DNA from: Noviherbaspirillum sp.
GTDB lineage: Bacteria > Pseudomonadota > Gammaproteobacteria > Burkholderiales > Burkholderiaceae_D
Direction of reading: 5' to 3'
Length of the DNA stretch: 64,000 bases
Assembly: GCA_035626875.1 (NCBI GenBank)
Contig: DASPMV010000007.1
Span: 19,848-83,847, forward strand
The notes below the pieces were generated by a model. That model did no database searches. It was not told the origin of the DNA and saw only the letters and a list, made by a program, of their open reading frames with translations. How positions within the stretch are numbered: position 1 is the first letter of the stretch; each line of letters begins with the position of its first letter. Of this stretch, positions 1-10,239 are shown piece by piece. A program made the position numbers and the translations under genes.

Positions 1-18
1 CGCCGGTGCGCATTGCAT

Positions 19-657
19 ATGGACATCCTTGGAATTTCCGATTTCGGCCTCTTTCTCGTTGCAGTATTGCTGCTCAACGCCACCCCCGGTCCTGATACGG
101 CCTACATTGTCGGGCGCAGCATCGCGCAGGGCCGATCCGCCGGCCTGATGTCGGCCCTGGGCATTTCCGCCGGCTGCTGCGTGCATGCGCTCGCGTCCGC
201 CATCGGACTGAGCGCCATCCTCGCCGCATCCGCCACCGCCTTTACCTTCATCAAGCTTGCCGGCGGCGCTTACCTGGTTTATCTTGGCCTTCGCATGATG
301 CTCTCCAAGCCGGGCGATCCGTCGACTGCGGATGCTGTCCGCGACGTACGCCCGCACCGGACGATCTTCGTGCAAGCCATGGTCACCAACGTACTCAACC
401 CGAAGGTGATCCTGTTCTTCCTCGCCTTCATCCCGCAATTCGTGCGCGCCGATGCGTCGCAGAAGACGGCGGCCTTCCTGTTGCTCGGCGTCGCATTCGC
501 TGTCATCAGCATGTTCTGGAACAGCGGCACGGCCTTCCTTGCCGGGACGCTGGCGCGGCGCGCAGGACGCAATCCTCGCGTGAAACTGTGGCTGGAGCGC
601 GTGGTCGGCGCAACCTTCGTGGCGCTGGGCGCCAAGCTCGCCTTCACCAAAACCTGA
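19..657 (+). CDS. LysE/RhtB family amino-acid efflux translocator
   Basis: N-terminal TPGPD motif, NPK motif, multiple hydrophobic helices; ATG at 19. Confidence 0.9.
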   Translation: MDILGISDFGLFLVAVLLLNATPGPDTAYIVGRSIAQGRSAGLMSALGISAGCCVHALASAIGLSAILAASATAFTFIKLAGGAYLVYLGLRMMLSKPGDPSTADAVRDVRPHRTIFVQAMVTNVLNPKVILFFLAFIPQFVRADASQKTAAFLLLGVAFAVISMFWNSGTAFLAGTLARRAGRNPRVKLWLERVVGATFVALGAKLAFTKT

Positions 658-695
658 TTTACCTTACTACGGGAGACTGCGCAGCACTGCCGCGC

Positions 696-2018
696 ATGCC
701 GATGTCGAACATTTACCTGAAACCAGACTCGCTCGCCTTCAGCCTGCTCGGCGCCGCGCGCGCCGTTGCCATGGTCAAGGCGGGCACCGCCCTGCCGCAA
801 GCGCTCGCCACGGTCTTCACGCAGACCGCTGCAACGCCACAGGCACGCGGCGCCATGCAGGACATTGCCTATCGCACGATGCGTCAGCTCGGACGTGCTG
901 ACCTGCTGCTCGGACTGCTTGCCACCAAGCCGCCCTCGCCGGCTGACCTGCGTGCCCTGCTCTGCTGCGCGCTCGTCCTGCTCTGCGACGAAAGCACCGC
1001 CACACCGGACGCGCCTTACGAAAGCTTTACCGTCGTGGATCAGGCCGTCACCGCGGCCTCCGCGGACGCGGGCATTGCGCATGCGAAGGGGATGGTGAAC
1101 GCAGTACTGCGCCGCTTCCTGCGCGAGCGCGAGGCGCTCATGCCGCAGGTGCTGAAACACGGCCCCGGACGCTGGAACTATCCGCAGTGGTGGATCGACT
1201 CGGTCCGCGCGGCCTATCCGCTGCAATGGGAAAACATCCTCGCTGCCGGCAACCGCACGCCACCGCTCACGCTGCGCGTCAACAGGCGCAAGTCCTCGGT
1301 CGCGGAATACTTGCGTACATTGGCGGAAACGCAGATCGGCGCAACGGCAGTCGGCCCATCCGCAGTGCGTCTGCAGAAACCCGTTCCGGTGATGCAGATC
1401 CCGGGATTTGCCGAAGGCGTCGTGTCGGTGCAGGACGCCGCGGCCCAACTGGCGGCGCCGCTGCTGGACCTGCACGACGGCATGCGCGTGCTCGACGCCT
1501 GCGCAGCCCCGGGAGGCAAGACCGGCCACATGCTGGAGTGCGCGGACATCGACCTGCTGGCGATCGACAGCGACCCGACACGCCTGGCCCGCATTACCGA
1601 GAACCTGGACCGGTTGCAGCTGAAGGCGCGCCTGAAGACGGGCGACGCCAGCAGCACCGACTGGTGGGACGGCGTTCCGTTCGACCGCATCCTCGCGGAT
1701 GTGCCCTGCACCGCCTCCGGCATCGTGCGGCGCCATCCGGACATCCGCTGGCTGCGCCGCAAGGAAGATGCAGCACGGCTTGCAACACTTTCAAGTCGAA
1801 TCCTCGACAACCTGTGGCAGATGCTCAAACCCGATGGTAAATTGGCATTGGTCACCTGTTCGCTTTGGCCGAAGGAATCGGAGCTGCAAGCCGCCGCGTT
1901 TGCCGAGCGTCACAACGCCCTCCGCCTCCCTGCGCCCAGCCAGCTTCTTCCGGCAGCAGGCGCGGAGGAAGATCACGACGGCTTGTTCTATGCGCTATTC
2001 CAAAAAGGCGGGGTCTGA
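696..2018 (+). CDS. rsmB: 16S rRNA m5C967 methyltransferase RsmB (Sun/Fmu)
   Basis: NusB-like N-terminus, VLDACAAPGGKT SAM motif, DVPCTASG and TCS catalytic motifs; start at ATG 696 or 702. Confidence 0.95.
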   Translation: MPMSNIYLKPDSLAFSLLGAARAVAMVKAGTALPQALATVFTQTAATPQARGAMQDIAYRTMRQLGRADLLLGLLATKPPSPADLRALLCCALVLLCDESTATPDAPYESFTVVDQAVTAASADAGIAHAKGMVNAVLRRFLREREALMPQVLKHGPGRWNYPQWWIDSVRAAYPLQWENILAAGNRTPPLTLRVNRRKSSVAEYLRTLAETQIGATAVGPSAVRLQKPVPVMQIPGFAEGVVSVQDAAAQLAAPLLDLHDGMRVLDACAAPGGKTGHMLECADIDLLAIDSDPTRLARITENLDRLQLKARLKTGDASSTDWWDGVPFDRILADVPCTASGIVRRHPDIRWLRRKEDAARLATLSSRILDNLWQMLKPDGKLALVTCSLWPKESELQAAAFAERHNALRLPAPSQLLPAAGAEEDHDGLFYALFQKGGV

Positions 2019-2113
2019 TAGTATCGTCGCCGGCTTATGCATGAATACAACGAACGGCATGCTTGGGCATCTGATGCACGACGGCACCGCAGGCCGGGGC
2101 AAGAGGCCGCCGG

Positions 2114-2770
2114 ATGCCGTTGCGGCAGGCCTGCAAGAAGCGTTTCCCTGACCAACGATCCATCCCCTGTGACCGACCTGCGCCTGTACGAGTGATTCGT
2201 CCTGTTCTTCACCTGCTGACGAGCTGGCTGCTGGCTGCGATGCTGCTGGCTGCTGCGCTTGCGCCCTCGGCGGCGCGGGCGGAGGGCGTCGAGATCACGC
2301 AGGCGGCGCTGGAATATTCCGACGAGGGCTACAAGCTCGCCCTCGGCTTTTCCTTCGAACTGACGCGCAGCCTTGAAGACGCTGTCACGCGCGGCATTCC
2401 GCTCTATTTCACCACCGAGGTTCAGCTGACCCGCCCGCGCTGGTACTGGTTTGACGAAAAGGCAGTCACTGCGTCCCAAACCATCCGCATTTCCTACAAC
2501 GTGCTGACGCACCAATACCACGCCTCGATCAGCGGCCGGCTGCAGCAAAGCTTCACCTCACTCGACGATGCGCTGTCGCTGGTGCGCCGTCCCAGTCGCT
2601 GGGTGGTTGCCGAAAAAGGCGCGCTCAAATCCGGCGAGGTGTACAACGTCGCGGTCCGCATGGGGCTGGATGTAGCCCGGCTTCCCAAGCCGTTCCAGGT
2701 CCATGCGATGAACAGCTCGGACTGGCGCTTCTCTTCCGACTGGAAGCAATTCACATTCAGGGCGGAATAA
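2114..2770 (+). CDS. DUF4390 domain exported protein
   Basis: Signal-peptide-like segment, RPRWYWFDE and LPKPFQ motifs, typical position between rsmB and the kinase; true start probably downstream. Confidence 0.8.
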   Translation: MPLRQACKKRFPDQRSIPCDRPAPVRVIRPVLHLLTSWLLAAMLLAAALAPSAARAEGVEITQAALEYSDEGYKLALGFSFELTRSLEDAVTRGIPLYFTTEVQLTRPRWYWFDEKAVTASQTIRISYNVLTHQYHASISGRLQQSFTSLDDALSLVRRPSRWVVAEKGALKSGEVYNVAVRMGLDVARLPKPFQVHAMNSSDWRFSSDWKQFTFRAE

Positions 2771-2771
2771 G

Positions 2772-5090
2772 GTGCAACGGTTCCTGCGTTATTTTCTCGT
2801 CGTCGGTGGCGCAATCGTCAGCATCCTGCTGTTCCTGCTCGCGTCCGCCTCCGAAAACTCCGCCTTCTTCGACCGCCACTACCCCGAACTGTTGGTCCTG
2901 AATGCACTGATTGCCGTTGCCCTTCTGGCCCTGGTAGCGCTGCTGCTGGCGCGACTCTACCGCGGACGAAAACGCCGCGAGTTCGGCTCGCGCCTGATGA
3001 CGCGGCTTGTGCTGCTGTTCGCCGTGGTGGGCATTTTGCCCGGGACGGTGATCTACATGGTGTCGGTGCAGTTCGTGTCGCGCTCGATCGAATCGTGGTT
3101 TGACGTGCGGGTGGAATCGGCCCTGGAATCCGGCCTCACCCTTGGGCGCACGGCGCTGGACGCATCGCTCGCCGACCTCAGTGCGAAGGCGCGCGGCATT
3201 GCGAACGAACTCTCGGAGATGTCCGAATCGGCGCAAGTCACGCAACTTTCCCGGCTGCGTGATCAAAGTCAAACGCAGGAAGCAACTATTGTCACTTCCA
3301 GCGGTCATATTGTCGCGACTGTTGGCGGCCGCATCGGTACGCTGGTTCCGGATCTCCCCACCGCGGCCATGCTCCGCCAGGCGCGCATGTCGCGGGGATT
3401 TTCGGCCATTGAGGGCGGCTTTGATTTCAGCGACAGCCCGGCAAAGGAAAACCAGGCGCCGGCAGCCCAGGACCAGCGCGCACAATCCAATGCGGCGGCG
3501 GACCTGCGCCTGCGGGTGGTGGTGGAAATCCCGGCGTCCAACGCCGACCTGTCGCTGCAGAGCGATAGTCGCTTCCTGCAATTGCTGCAGCCCGTCCCTG
3601 CCCACCTCGCAGCCAATGCGGAGGCACTGCGTGCGGCCTACAGCGAGTACCAGGAACGTTCGCTTGCACGGACTGGCCTGCGCAAGATTTACCTCGTGAC
3701 ACTGACGCTGACCCTGCTGCTCGCCATTTTCGGCGCGATCGCTGCAGCGTTCCTGATCGCGGGCGACCTCGCGCAGCCGCTGCTGGTTCTGGCGGAAGGC
3801 ACCAAGGCAGTGGCGGAAGGCAACCTGTCGCCTCGACCGATCGTGGCGACGTCGGATGAACTGGGTACGCTGACGCAATCGTTCAACACGATGACACGGC
3901 AGCTGTCGGAAGCGCGGGCTTCGGCCGAACGTAACCGCGCCGCGCTGTCCAATGCAAAGGCGTACCTCGAATCGGTGCTGGCCAACATGTCGGCCGGCGT
4001 GATGGTACTGGACAGCCAGTTCAGGCTGGTGACATGCAATGAATCGGTGGAGCGTATCCTGCTGAACGATTTCGACGCCCATATCGGCAAGCCCCTCGCA
4101 GCCATCGATGGCCTGGAACCGATGGCCAATGCGATCACGAAGGCATTCTCCGAGCAGCGCGCGCAATCTGCGGGCGATGTGCCGGCGGAACTCCACTGGC
4201 AGAAGCAGATCGAGGTCCCGCGCCGGGGCACCGAACCGGACGGGGACAACGACATCACGCTGCTGGCGCGCGGTTCCTACCTGCCGGTGGCCGGAGGAAC
4301 GGGCTACATCGTGGTGTTCGACGACATCACCGACGTGATCTCCGCGCAGCGTTCGATTGCCTGGGGTGAAGTGGCGCGCCGCCTCGCGCATGAGATCAAG
4401 AATCCTCTGACCCCGATCCAGCTATCGGCCGAGCGCCTGCAGATGAAGCTCGAAGACAAGCTCGAAGGCCAGGATGCGGCAGTGCTGAGCAAGAGCACCG
4501 CCACCATCGTTAACCAGGTCTCGGCGATGAAACGCATGGTCGATGACTTCCGCGACTACGCGAAGACGCCACCCGCCGTCCTGACTCCGCTCGACCTCAA
4601 TGCCCTGGTGGAGGAAATCCTTCACCTGTATGTCGGCGGCGACGAGCGGGATATCATTTGCGCCTCGCTCAGCCCGGACCTGCCGCAGGTGATGGGCGAT
4701 GCGACCCAATTGAGGCAAGTGATTCATAATCTCCTGCAGAATGCGCAGGATGCTGTCGCCGACCGTACATTGCCAAATGACAAACCGCGTATCGACGTGA
4801 CGACGGAAGCAGTGCATTACGACGATCCGGACGGCGGCCGAAGGACTGCGGTGCGCCTGACCGTCGGCGACAACGGCCCGGGCTTCTCGCCCAAAATTCT
4901 TGCACGCGCTTTCGAACCTTACGTCACGTCCAAGTCGCGCGGAACCGGGCTTGGCCTGGCGATGGTGAAGAAAATCGTGGATGAGCACGGCGGCCGTATC
5001 GACATCAAGAACCGGTCGAAGGGCAGCGGTGCAAAAGTAGCAATTTTGCTGTTAAAGTTAGCGCCGGACGAGAATCGAGCGGCGGCCTGA
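2772..5090 (+). CDS. ntrY: NtrY-like sensor histidine kinase (TM-HAMP-PAS-HisKA-HATPase)
   Basis: AWGEVARRLAHEIKNPLTPIQL H-box, HAMP DELGTL, GTGLGLA G-box. Confidence 0.85.
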   Translation: MQRFLRYFLVVGGAIVSILLFLLASASENSAFFDRHYPELLVLNALIAVALLALVALLLARLYRGRKRREFGSRLMTRLVLLFAVVGILPGTVIYMVSVQFVSRSIESWFDVRVESALESGLTLGRTALDASLADLSAKARGIANELSEMSESAQVTQLSRLRDQSQTQEATIVTSSGHIVATVGGRIGTLVPDLPTAAMLRQARMSRGFSAIEGGFDFSDSPAKENQAPAAQDQRAQSNAAADLRLRVVVEIPASNADLSLQSDSRFLQLLQPVPAHLAANAEALRAAYSEYQERSLARTGLRKIYLVTLTLTLLLAIFGAIAAAFLIAGDLAQPLLVLAEGTKAVAEGNLSPRPIVATSDELGTLTQSFNTMTRQLSEARASAERNRAALSNAKAYLESVLANMSAGVMVLDSQFRLVTCNESVERILLNDFDAHIGKPLAAIDGLEPMANAITKAFSEQRAQSAGDVPAELHWQKQIEVPRRGTEPDGDNDITLLARGSYLPVAGGTGYIVVFDDITDVISAQRSIAWGEVARRLAHEIKNPLTPIQLSAERLQMKLEDKLEGQDAAVLSKSTATIVNQVSAMKRMVDDFRDYAKTPPAVLTPLDLNALVEEILHLYVGGDERDIICASLSPDLPQVMGDATQLRQVIHNLLQNAQDAVADRTLPNDKPRIDVTTEAVHYDDPDGGRRTAVRLTVGDNGPGFSPKILARAFEPYVTSKSRGTGLGLAMVKKIVDEHGGRIDIKNRSKGSGAKVAILLLKLAPDENRAAA

Positions 5091-5172
5091 AACAAATCGT
5101 GACAACTCTACTGCTCCTGTACGACGCGCATCAACAATAATCAGCGACAGTGGAAGCACACAAGGTAAGCAT

Positions 5173-5895
5173 ATGGCAAACATTCTGGTGGTCGATGATG
5201 AAATGGGTATCCGGGAACTGCTCTCGGAAATTCTGGGCGACGAAGGCCACGTCGTCCTCACTGCAGAAAACGCACAGCAGGCACGCGACGCTCGCGCACA
5301 GGGCGCACCTGATCTTGTTCTCCTCGACATCTGGATGCCGGATACGGACGGTGTGACGCTGCTCAAGGAGTGGCAACGCGACGGCCTGCTCACGATGCCT
5401 GTCATCATGATGTCCGGCCACGCGACGATTGACACGGCAGTGGAGGCAACGCGCATCGGTGCACTCAATTTCCTGGAGAAACCGATCGCGCTGCAAAAGT
5501 TGCTGAAGGCGGTCCAGCAGGGCCTGACGCGAACGACCGAGGTGCTGCGCCCTGCTCCGGTGTACCATGCCCGGCCCGTTACGACACCGGCGGAAGAAAC
5601 CATCTTGCCGTCCGTCAGTGCGTACGCCCCCATGCCCGGCGGAAGCATGCCGAACGTTAATGTCCCTGCACCGGCTGTCGGCGCGTCCGACTCCCATCTG
5701 TTTGGCCTGTCATTTGACCTGCCACTTCGCGAGGCACGCGATGCCTTCGAGCGAGCTTATTTCGAGCACCACCTCATGCGGGAAGGCGGCAGCATGACGC
5801 GCGTCGCGGAAAAAACCGGGCTCGAGCGCACTCACCTGTACCGCAAGCTCAAGCAACTAGGCGTCGAACCAAGCAAAGTGTCACGCAAAGGGTGA
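5173..5895 (+). CDS. ntrX: NtrX-like response regulator (REC plus Fis-type HTH, no AAA+ domain)
   Basis: ILVVDDE/LLDIWMP receiver, Pro-rich linker, C-terminal GLERTHLYRKLK HTH. Confidence 0.85.
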   Translation: MANILVVDDEMGIRELLSEILGDEGHVVLTAENAQQARDARAQGAPDLVLLDIWMPDTDGVTLLKEWQRDGLLTMPVIMMSGHATIDTAVEATRIGALNFLEKPIALQKLLKAVQQGLTRTTEVLRPAPVYHARPVTTPAEETILPSVSAYAPMPGGSMPNVNVPAPAVGASDSHLFGLSFDLPLREARDAFERAYFEHHLMREGGSMTRVAEKTGLERTHLYRKLKQLGVEPSKVSRKG

Positions 5896-6245
5896 TCCCG
5901 ACCACCCTTGTGATCGGTGCCAACCCCGCGGTGCGCGAGGCAGCAATCCGATCGACAATGGCACGCAATGCCAAAGTCGCCATCATTCTTGAGGGCATTC
6001 CCGACGCCGTGTCGAGTCTCGCGGACAACACCCCCGAGCTCCAGATTGCGCGCATTGCACCCGGCTGCCTCTGCTGCACCGGGAACCTCACCATGCGCGT
6101 CACACTCAACCGACTGCTGCGCAGCAAGCCCGAGCAGTTGTATATCGGCATGGCAACTGCTTCCCATATCCAGCAGCTGCGTGCATTTCTTTCCGCACCG
6201 CCGTACGACAATTTACTCACCCTCACTAAAGATTTGCACGCCTAG
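5892..6245 (+). CDS. Small CobW/COG0523-like protein with GCLCC motif
   Basis: GCLCC metal-binding motif; GTG start overlaps the ntrX stop (GTGA). Confidence 0.65.
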   Translation: MIPTTLVIGANPAVREAAIRSTMARNAKVAIILEGIPDAVSSLADNTPELQIARIAPGCLCCTGNLTMRVTLNRLLRSKPEQLYIGMATASHIQQLRAFLSAPPYDNLLTLTKDLHA

Positions 6246-6307
6246 TGCCGATCTTTCCTGCAGGAGCACAGCGTTTTCGCGGCAGGCGCGCGAGAATCCT
6301 GCGACGG

Positions 6308-6335
6308 CTTGAAATCGATGGAGGTGGCCCCATTT
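6308..6335 (+). promoter_or_regulatory. Sigma32 (RpoH)-type promoter
   Basis: CTTGAAA-N13-CCCCATTT, about 55 nt upstream of the 6392 gene. Confidence 0.75.
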
Positions 6336-6391
6336 TTGCATCATAGGTAATGGGTTACCTTCAATTAATGCCGTAGCAGAAGGAGCGCAAC

Positions 6392-6649
6392 ATGAACTTG
6401 ATCTACAACAGCGAGCAGTACAGCGTCGTAGAGTTCGGGGCCGATGACGGACGCGAGGCCTTGCGCTTTGGCGGATACGAAATCATGGACAAATCCGGCA
6501 AGCGCGAGATCTTCATTGGCGGTACGCTCGCCAAGTATTTCCGCGAAGAGGTAGAAAACCTGATCGCAACCGAACCGACTGTGGAAGAGATCGATGACTT
6601 CCTCGGCAAGTATGACGCGCTGATGCGTCAACCGGTCACCCTGCACTAA
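6392..6649 (+). CDS. BTH_I0359/DUF3567 family small protein
   Basis: AAGGAG RBS; MNLIYNSEQYSVVEF and GGYEIMDK...REIFI signature. Confidence 0.8.
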   Translation: MNLIYNSEQYSVVEFGADDGREALRFGGYEIMDKSGKREIFIGGTLAKYFREEVENLIATEPTVEEIDDFLGKYDALMRQPVTLH

Positions 6650-6845
6650 TTACAAACCTCCGCCACAGAATACACGGCGTTCTGTGGACTTACGGGACTT
6701 CGCTGCGACTGTGCCTGAATGCTGCCCTGTGGCATGATGGCAGGCAAAATCAGTCTGCTCCCTTTCCAACGCAATGTGCTTGACACGGGCCATGCCCGTG
6801 GCGGGGATCGTCTTTGCGTGGCGGGATCAACCAGCGAGGTTTCGG

Positions 6846-7748
6846 ATGGACCAGTTAAGTGCATTGAGGGCGTTCTGCCGCGTGGTGGAGGCGGGTAGTT
6901 TCTCGGCGGCGGCGGCCGGGATCAATGTATCGCACACGGTCATGTCGAAGCAGGTCCGTCAGCTCGAGATGCTGCTCGGCGTGCAACTGCTCAACCGTAC
7001 GACGCGCCGTCTCGCCCTGACCGAAGCCGGACAGACCTACTACGAGCGCGCGCGGCGCATTCTCGACGAGCTGCATGATGCCGATCTTGCAGTCAGCCGC
7101 CATCATGCCGTGCCAAGGGGAACACTGCGCATCAGCGCGCCGATGGCCTTCGGTACGCTCGACATGGGCACATGGCTTCCGGACTTCATGGCACGCTATC
7201 CCGAACTGAAGATCGACCTCGTCTGCAACGACCGGTACGTTGACCTCATCGAAGAAGGATTCGACGTTGCGATCCGGCTCGCGCGCGAAATGCCCGATTC
7301 ATCCCTGTCGGCGCGCAAGCTCGCCACCACCGCGACCATCCTCGTGGCCTCGCCGGACTATCTCAGGCGCTGCGGCGCCCCCACGCGTCCGGAAGATCTC
7401 GCCGGCCACAACTGCATGGCGTATGCGCTGTCGCCCAGGCCAAATGAATGGACGTTGACGTCGACCTCAGGCGAGCGCACGACGGTCACCATCGGCGGCA
7501 GCTTCCAGTCGAACACCGGAATCGCCCTGCGATCGGCCGCGCTTGGCGGCATGGGGATCGCGGCCTTGGCCTCGTTTATCGTGCACGACGACCTCGCGCG
7601 GGGCGGCCTCGTCCCGGTCCTGCCCGGTTATCGCCTGCATCCGCGGGATATCTTTGCGGTGTACCCGCATAATCGTCATCTCTCACCCAAGGTGCGTGCC
7701 TTCATCGATTACGCGAGCGAGATCTACCGCTCAACGGAATGGGCCTGA
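6846..7748 (+). CDS. LysR family regulator (CrgA/DmlR-like)
   Basis: HTH with LLNRTTRRLALTEAG; DLIEEGFDVAIR; SPKVRAFID. Confidence 0.92.
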   Translation: MDQLSALRAFCRVVEAGSFSAAAAGINVSHTVMSKQVRQLEMLLGVQLLNRTTRRLALTEAGQTYYERARRILDELHDADLAVSRHHAVPRGTLRISAPMAFGTLDMGTWLPDFMARYPELKIDLVCNDRYVDLIEEGFDVAIRLAREMPDSSLSARKLATTATILVASPDYLRRCGAPTRPEDLAGHNCMAYALSPRPNEWTLTSTSGERTTVTIGGSFQSNTGIALRSAALGGMGIAALASFIVHDDLARGGLVPVLPGYRLHPRDIFAVYPHNRHLSPKVRAFIDYASEIYRSTEWA

Positions 7749-7749
7749 C

Positions 7750-8421
7750 ATGTACGCGAACTCGAGTCCGATCACGAGCGCCCAGACGGGCATCCACGAA
7801 CAGTTGCCGGCGCTGGTCGCACGTCATGCGCAGTCCGAGTTTCGCAAGCCGGTCATGCCCTACAATCGGGATGCATTCGAGGCGAGCATCGCAGCGTGGC
7901 GAGCGGCCGGAAGTGCGCCGTTGATCCTGGACGCCGGTTGCGGCGTGGGCCTGTCGACCCGCCACCTGGCGCGCCTGCATCCCGGCCACTTCATCATCGG
8001 TGTCGACCAGTCGGCAGACCGTCTCAGTCGCAACACCGCATGGGAGGGCGACCTCCCGTCAAATTTCATCTGCGTGCGTGCTGATCTCGTCGACTACTGG
8101 CGACTGATGCTCGCGGCCGGTATCAGCCCGGAAAAGCACTTTGTCCTCTACCCCAATCCGTGGCCGAAGATCGGGCATCTTGCGCGCCGCTGGCATGGCC
8201 ATCCGGTCTTCCCCGTCGTCGTCGCGCTGGGCGGCGAAATCGAGTGCAGGAGCAACTGGCGCATCTATATCCAGGAATTTGCCGCGGCGCTCAGCCAACT
8301 CTCCGGCCTCCCCGTGCAGAGCGAATTGTTCCTGCCCGCCACGCCCATCACACCCTTCGAAAAAAAGTACGCCGACTCCGGCCATGCGCTATGGCGTTGC
8401 GTCGCATCTCTTCTGTACTGA
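7750..8421 (+). CDS. TrmB-like SAM-dependent methyltransferase
   Basis: ILDAGCGVG SAM motif, LYPNPWPK..H..RR, TPFEKKY; starts 1 nt after the LysR stop. Confidence 0.8.
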   Translation: MYANSSPITSAQTGIHEQLPALVARHAQSEFRKPVMPYNRDAFEASIAAWRAAGSAPLILDAGCGVGLSTRHLARLHPGHFIIGVDQSADRLSRNTAWEGDLPSNFICVRADLVDYWRLMLAAGISPEKHFVLYPNPWPKIGHLARRWHGHPVFPVVVALGGEIECRSNWRIYIQEFAAALSQLSGLPVQSELFLPATPITPFEKKYADSGHALWRCVASLLY

Positions 8422-8796
8422 ATGTCCGCGCACAAATTTTTTCCGCGTGGAAATTTATTTTTTTACGTAACGAATTAGGACATCCAATATCCATGCGGTT
8501 TTCCAAGGCAAATGCTCTGGAAAGCCCCTATTTTTCAGCATTTCATTTAAGAAACCTATATTTGACGGAGCACAAACGGCGATTCTGTTCTTGTCAACTC
8601 CCGCATTTATGGCATTGTTCCTGTGACTAAAAGACGGTAATCTCGGCCCTTGATCACGTTCTGACCGGTCCTCCAGAAGGCCGCCGCCGAGCCCAGTTTC
8701 CCGGCGCGAGGGAGGGTATCTCAGACCCTGTCCAAGCCAAGCGGAGAACATGCGCCGCGCCCCCGGTCCATACAATACGAACAAGGGTAATGCGAC

Positions 8797-10239
8797 ATGC
8801 TTAACGTCTCCAATTCTGCATCGACGACCCAGCCCGTGCTGGTATTGCGCCTGACCGGGCGCAGCGGACAGCCGTGTCCCTATACCGAAACGCTCCGGGA
8901 GCACGGCCTCAATTTGATCGACTGCTTCAGTCTTGAATCCGCCTTCCAGGCTGTCGATAGCGGCTGCCGGGTCGGCCTGCTGGTCATCACCCAGGAATCC
9001 GAGCTCGCGCACATCGACAAGTGCGAGCCCTTCGTCAGCAACAACCGCGTGTCCTGGGTCGGCCTCGTCGCGCAGGAGCTGATCTCGATGCCGCGCATGC
9101 GTGAATTCATCGGTGAGCACCTGTTCAACTTCATCACCCTGCCTGCAGACCTCGATCACATCGTCCTCACACTGCGCCATGCCTGGGGCATGGCCTTCAT
9201 GCGCGATCTCAAGCGCGATGCCTCGCCGGCGCCGGCGCCGGACAACGCCGAGTTCGTCATGGTCGGCAGGACGCCGCAGATGCAGCAACTGTTCAGCCAG
9301 CTCCACAAGGTAGCGCGTACCGACGCTTCGGTGCTCATTACCGGCCCCTCGGGCACCGGCAAGGAACTCGCCGCACTGTCTATCCACCGGCAGTCCGGGC
9401 GGCGCGACGCGCCCTTTGTCGCAGTGAATTGCGGAGCGATCGCTCCGCAGCTGTTCCAGTCCGAACTCTTCGGTTACGAGAAGGGCGCATTCACCGGCGC
9501 CAGCCAGCGCAAGATCGGCCGCATCGAAGCAGCGCAAGGCGGCACGCTGTTCCTCGACGAGATCGGGGACATGCCCTTCGACATGCAAGTCAACCTGCTG
9601 CGCTTCCTGCAGGAGAAGACCATCGAGCGCGTGGGCGGCAACGACCCGATCGAGATCGATGTGCGTGTGATTGCCGCCACACATATCGACCTTGCCGAGG
9701 CGGTACGCCAGGGACGCTTTCGCGAGGATCTGTACTACCGCATCAATGTCGTCTGCATCAGTATGCCGCCGCTGGCCGACCGCGGCCAGGATATCGAAGA
9801 CATCGCCAAGCACTACTTCAACCAGTTCGCCAGCATGCACAATCGCAGCCTGCGCGGATTTTCCAAGGCAGCAATGAACGCGATGCTGAGTCACTCATGG
9901 CCCGGCAATGTGCGCGAGCTGGTTAACCGCGTGCAGCGTGCCACGGTGATGGCAGAAGGCCGCTTCATTCAGCCCGAAGACCTCGGCCTGGATCGGAGCA
10001 ACGATCAGTCGCAACTGATGTCGCTGGAGGACGCGCGCGCCGCGGCCGAGCGAACCATGATCCGCAGGGCGCTTTCCCAGTCACGCAACCAGATCTCGCG
10101 CGCCGCAACGCTGCTCGGCGTATCGCGCGTCACGCTGTACCGTCTGATTGAAAAGTACAACATCAGGCCGGAGACGGGAACGCCGGGCCACGCGCCTTTC
10201 TTGAGCAGCGCCAAGCCGGACCTCGAAGTTCATAAGTAG
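8797..10239 (+). CDS. Sigma54-dependent activator (bEBP) with VpsR-like atypical receiver
   Basis: Walker A GPSGTGKE, intact GAFTGA, Walker B LFLDEIG, WPGNVREL, C-terminal Fis HTH; N-terminus lacks canonical REC DD/K pattern. Confidence 0.92.
   Translation: MLNVSNSASTTQPVLVLRLTGRSGQPCPYTETLREHGLNLIDCFSLESAFQAVDSGCRVGLLVITQESELAHIDKCEPFVSNNRVSWVGLVAQELISMPRMREFIGEHLFNFITLPADLDHIVLTLRHAWGMAFMRDLKRDASPAPAPDNAEFVMVGRTPQMQQLFSQLHKVARTDASVLITGPSGTGKELAALSIHRQSGRRDAPFVAVNCGAIAPQLFQSELFGYEKGAFTGASQRKIGRIEAAQGGTLFLDEIGDMPFDMQVNLLRFLQEKTIERVGGNDPIEIDVRVIAATHIDLAEAVRQGRFREDLYYRINVVCISMPPLADRGQDIEDIAKHYFNQFASMHNRSLRGFSKAAMNAMLSHSWPGNVRELVNRVQRATVMAEGRFIQPEDLGLDRSNDQSQLMSLEDARAAAERTMIRRALSQSRNQISRAATLLGVSRVTLYRLIEKYNIRPETGTPGHAPFLSSAKPDLEVHK

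Noticed and set aside
279-1736. 485-aa minus-strand ORF and similar long antisense ORFs (2757-4391, 18248-19996, 26859-28949, 46483-48312)
   Set aside because: Shadow frames opposite well-supported genes, expected in high-GC DNA; no motifs.
5173-5895. NtrX lacking an AAA+ domain as a truncation
   Set aside because: The REC-HTH form is the normal betaproteobacterial architecture.
8610-8624. TGGCATTGTTCCTGT, a sigma54-like site upstream of the bEBP
   Set aside because: The -12 dinucleotide is GT rather than GC; too weak without data.
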